Origin: Tetramitus jugosus
Taxonomy: Eukaryota > Protista > Heterolobosea
DNA: 64,000 nucleotides
Assembly: GCA_937625935.1 (NCBI GenBank)
Contig: OW569393.1
Location: forward strand, 62,001-126,000
Reading direction: 5' to 3'
The notes beneath the pieces were generated by a model. The model did no database searches, was not told the DNA's origin, and saw only the letters and a program-made list of their open reading frames with translations. Positions 62,501 to 64,000 of this stretch are shown piece by piece. The position numbers and the translations under genes are program-made. The stretch's first letter is position 1. The number at the start of each line of letters is the position of its first letter.

Positions 62501-63049
62501 AAATTAGGAATGAAAAATCTACCTAAAGACGCTTATGACTTCCATCAGGAAATATTAGACACTCTCCAGAGATATCAGCAAACTAATTTTCTCGATAAAG
62601 AGTTGGAAGAGAGAGGTATCGCGGGTAGATCTAAGAAGGTTGCCAATCCAACAAGAAGATCTGGGAGAAAAGTAACAAATAAGAGTCTCAAAGCAGTTGC
62701 AGCTCTTTCTCAATACGAACCATCGGAAATAGAGAGAATTATAGGTGTTGCGAAAGATGCCATGGGGAGAGTCTTCTATCGTGTTGTTTGGGTGGACGAT
62801 CAAAAAGAGAAATGGATAGATGTATTGCTTATAGAAGGAGTCAAGTATATGGTCAAACAATTTCTTTGTGATCTAAATGATACTATTAACTCTACATCTG
62901 CTGGAGAATTAAACGACAAAGAGGTCTATTCGATCATTAAGGAGAAAGGAAAATATCAGATAGAATTATTTGATAGTGCCGATTTGTCAGATATTGATTT
63001 CACTAATGTTGTAGCCTGCAAAATATTCATGAGTAGTTTTGCTTTATAA
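59588..63049 (+). CDS. Multidomain MULE transposase (SAP-like x2, Ulp1/C48 protease, Zn finger, DDE, SWIM, chromo-like)
   Basis: MULE core HDGVYK...SVDEE...ICRFH...TNNVTES. SWIM CTC...CKH. Ulp1 motifs LNDNIIDYW, NHW and QRNSYDCGLY. SAP-like ELRTMCRQRGL..NKSKLITRL. Chromo-like IERIIG...YRVVW...KWI. Confidence 0.9.
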   Translation: MNTKNNHTHTYNRRRRRRNATNKEANTQTASPINLNNIIHQSLCDLERYGMAELRTMCRQRGLNDVSNNKSKLITRLLPYIENLSFDKSEHHEIVQFLSELGLSTLGSLEEKRSRLEHHFHLREDKREYSQQEEKETDGKNCHEYIENSLEEPRTPPKRKRELITPTTTPEHKMRATDVHEGSGYFNISISHRDVDILKEKKELNDNIIDYWLKYLEDNQGKENVLILNSQETKLMTYDTKRCAMKIRKHIQVFSNKVVLLPFCISNHWVLYAICNLDMGDPILLMLNSLTQSVRNDVLGYIQNFLSERAQLEKDDERSLEVIIADTSKQRNSYDCGLYILKYAELLIHTFGEHGRIARDFSCFFPESSIEKLRCDILRSMPQDTVSTLNESPHDTKPVPCTNIFQKEISNFEKSLSVLLKEESSVSVDDYNYGEWTVVHSCSVTDVDSFRRSFPFLQGSFKSQGWKRNKFLEGFEPNQKVFHQHNSWPNPVTSGRWIYKCPESYGKSVYAMYEYFNCTNLLCQESECNAMWMWQMSYKDVPVVSVKCFGRHGSKWRPTPNLMRGVSVEQKLIAKEQKQKYRNTTSCIANSLDASKKKLQNFFDHEYRKRLLHPNHFEAFKLMLIQIMEKEDRDLEIIVPNDDLESCTITNFSVLLLSKNLIEYARQNGRLFEIIGHDGVYKLTDQKVPINLYTTVTKKDFRGIVLGYSIASDNTQKKLEPLIKSFLLYLRRTYPTEYKQPHFSVDEEKSQINALKSLHLRFNICRFHLVRSWKKHVVKKVDVDHRGTVAECLLRLLATKNNDEYKEEYDHFTEICSERAPQFLQYYNTEHHDWAEYWNLSDRCLRNNSLGSTNNVTESAIRLLQKDVSSRFKRFDSLLEHIMKFTHDQLGKHKFNPSHMNETKKQLQDRLEKAQDLYEQGKVIEMLESPFMFNVASYGVDIQYCFCTCGDYSTKMRICKHINAGFIYFAVKLGMKNLPKDAYDFHQEILDTLQRYQQTNFLDKELEERGIAGRSKKVANPTRRSGRKVTNKSLKAVAALSQYEPSEIERIIGVAKDAMGRVFYRVVWVDDQKEKWIDVLLIEGVKYMVKQFLCDLNDTINSTSAGELNDKEVYSIIKEKGKYQIELFDSADLSDIDFTNVVACKIFMSSFAL

Positions 63050-63073
63050 AATTTCTGCTTTTCATCTTTTATG

Positions 63074-63153
63074 ACTGCCTTTTAGTCAGTAAAGTTACTG
63101 CTTTTCAAAATTCCTGCTTTTCCGTTTCCGTTTCTGCCTTTCATCTCCCTGCC
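63074..63153 (-). repeat. Right terminal inverted repeat
   Basis: Reverse complement starts GGCAG with GCAG motifs in register with the left end (one indel). Core CAGTAAAGTTACTGCTT at 63087-63103. Confidence 0.85.
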
Positions 63154-64000
63154 TTGGTGCAGAGGGTGGAGGTGGACATGGCATATCACAGCAGGAGGAG
63201 AAACAATCGTCAAGCATTGAAAAGGATTCTTCTCCTCCGCTAACCCACTCAGAGGACACTGGTAGTGTTGGTGCTCGCTGAGGGAATTTAAGAACTCTGT
63301 CACTTTCCTTGCTGTCAAACACAATCATTTGAATTCCACCAAATTTCTCTTCGCCAGTCACTTGAGCTTCTACACTGTATCCAGATCCCAGTGGCATGGC
63401 CACAAATTGCTTGATGGTGCCTTCGCCACCAGCATTGATACCATCGAGCCAAGGCTGCTTTGGAATCGTAATGTAATCATCCTTTTCCAGTGAATTGCTC
63501 CACGGTTTTCCATTGATGGCATTCACCTTTCCCACTGCAATTTTCATTGCCTTTGGTCGTTCATTGGGGCACTGGAACTGCATCCACATGGCTTCTCTCT
63601 GATGCATGGGAAAGAAGACACCGCCAGTCTTTCTCCATTCAGCAGGAACTTTGTCAAGGTAGTCATCTACTTTGCACAGTGGGAATTGACCGAGAGAGGG
63701 AGGTAGTGGATAAACTTTACCGTCATCTGGGATCCTAAGTGTTCTATGGAATAGGATAGAACAAGAGTTTTGAAGTGGGTTTCCAATCTCGTTAATCCTG
63801 AGATAATTTCCTTCAATTTCAATCGTCAATTGTTTATTGTTGTTCATCATTTAGCGGTGCAGCTGTTGTTGGTCTGTGTTGTTGATTGTTCCTTGTCGTT
63901 CTCGCGAGCTTTTGAGTTATAACCAGATCGCGGCTCTTCGATCAAGTTCCAAGAACTTTGGTGTTTGTTCCAAGGAGAAGGAGAGTTGAAATGTCGTTAA

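Larger units (their letters stand above)
58526..63153 (+). mobile_element. Mutator-like (MULE) DNA transposon, 4628 bp, apparently intact
   Basis: Flanked by the direct repeat TTGGTGCA (58518-58525 and 63154-63161). Ends GGC...GCC. Imperfect ~80-bp TIRs share an identical 17-bp core. Encodes a DDE transposase and interrupts a host ORF. Confidence 0.93.
57955..63850 (-). pseudogene. Conserved hypothetical gene (419 aa when rejoined) split by the transposon; halves 63850-63154 and 58517-57955
   Basis: 5' half: FHRTLRIPDDGKVYPLPPSLGQFPL, PMHQREAMW, QPWLDG, QFVAMPLGSGYSVEAQVTG. 3' half: MSLSAGGSMKQEI, VRIVNS, PPTPITAQTY, GYPWFDVY. Both are motifs of one family known from actinobacteria and fungi. 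Removing the element plus one TSD gives a 1260-nt open frame (...PPPPSAPSYSAPTS...). Confidence 0.9.

Noticed and set aside
59588-63049. Assignment of the element to Zisupton/KDZ because of SAP, SWIM, Ulp1 and an 8-bp TSD
   Set aside because: The catalytic core motifs (DGVYK, D...CxFH, TNNxxES) and SWIM placed after the DDE domain fit MULE better. A phylogeny is still needed.
1-64000. tRNA or rRNA genes
   Set aside because: No cloverleaf with A/B boxes and no rRNA-like sequence was seen in intergenic gaps by eye; tRNAscan-SE or Infernal would be needed to exclude them.

Overview
Eukaryotic, gene-dense DNA with few introns. The short GT-AG introns (GTATGT/GTACGC donors), DUF4116 repeats and many RCC1, F-box and ankyrin genes suggest a heterolobosean (Naegleria-like) protist; this is inference. 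About 30 genes are supported: NAD synthetase (3' part), rpl35a, a front-end desaturase, a G-alpha/F-box fusion, a GNAT, four F-box/LRR/ankyrin family members, an asparaginase, a SMIM8-like protein, a thiol/halide methyltransferase, a large lipase-EGF-RCC1 surface protein, MPDU1, three RCC1-repeat proteins, a prenylated ricin-type lectin, a TRIM-DUF4116 gene with a RING-less neighbour, three adjacent Golgi-type glycan enzymes, and a frameshifted USP. The strongest finding is an intact 4.6-kb Mutator-like DNA transposon (58526-63153). It has an 8-bp target duplication and degenerate terminal inverted repeats (TIRs). It carries an orphan accessory ORF and a transposase with an apparent SAP-SAP-Ulp1-Zn finger-DDE-SWIM-chromo architecture. 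It splits a conserved host gene whose frame is restored exactly on removal, and its ends could also act as a GC-AG intron. Other notable signals: a GTPase-deficient G-alpha with an internal F-box, a BTB-like C-terminal tail shared by three RCC1 proteins, a FRAS1/FREM2-like juxtamembrane domain in a protist protein, and a candidate cluster for methylated-glycan synthesis. All domain calls are by motif recognition; no searches were run.
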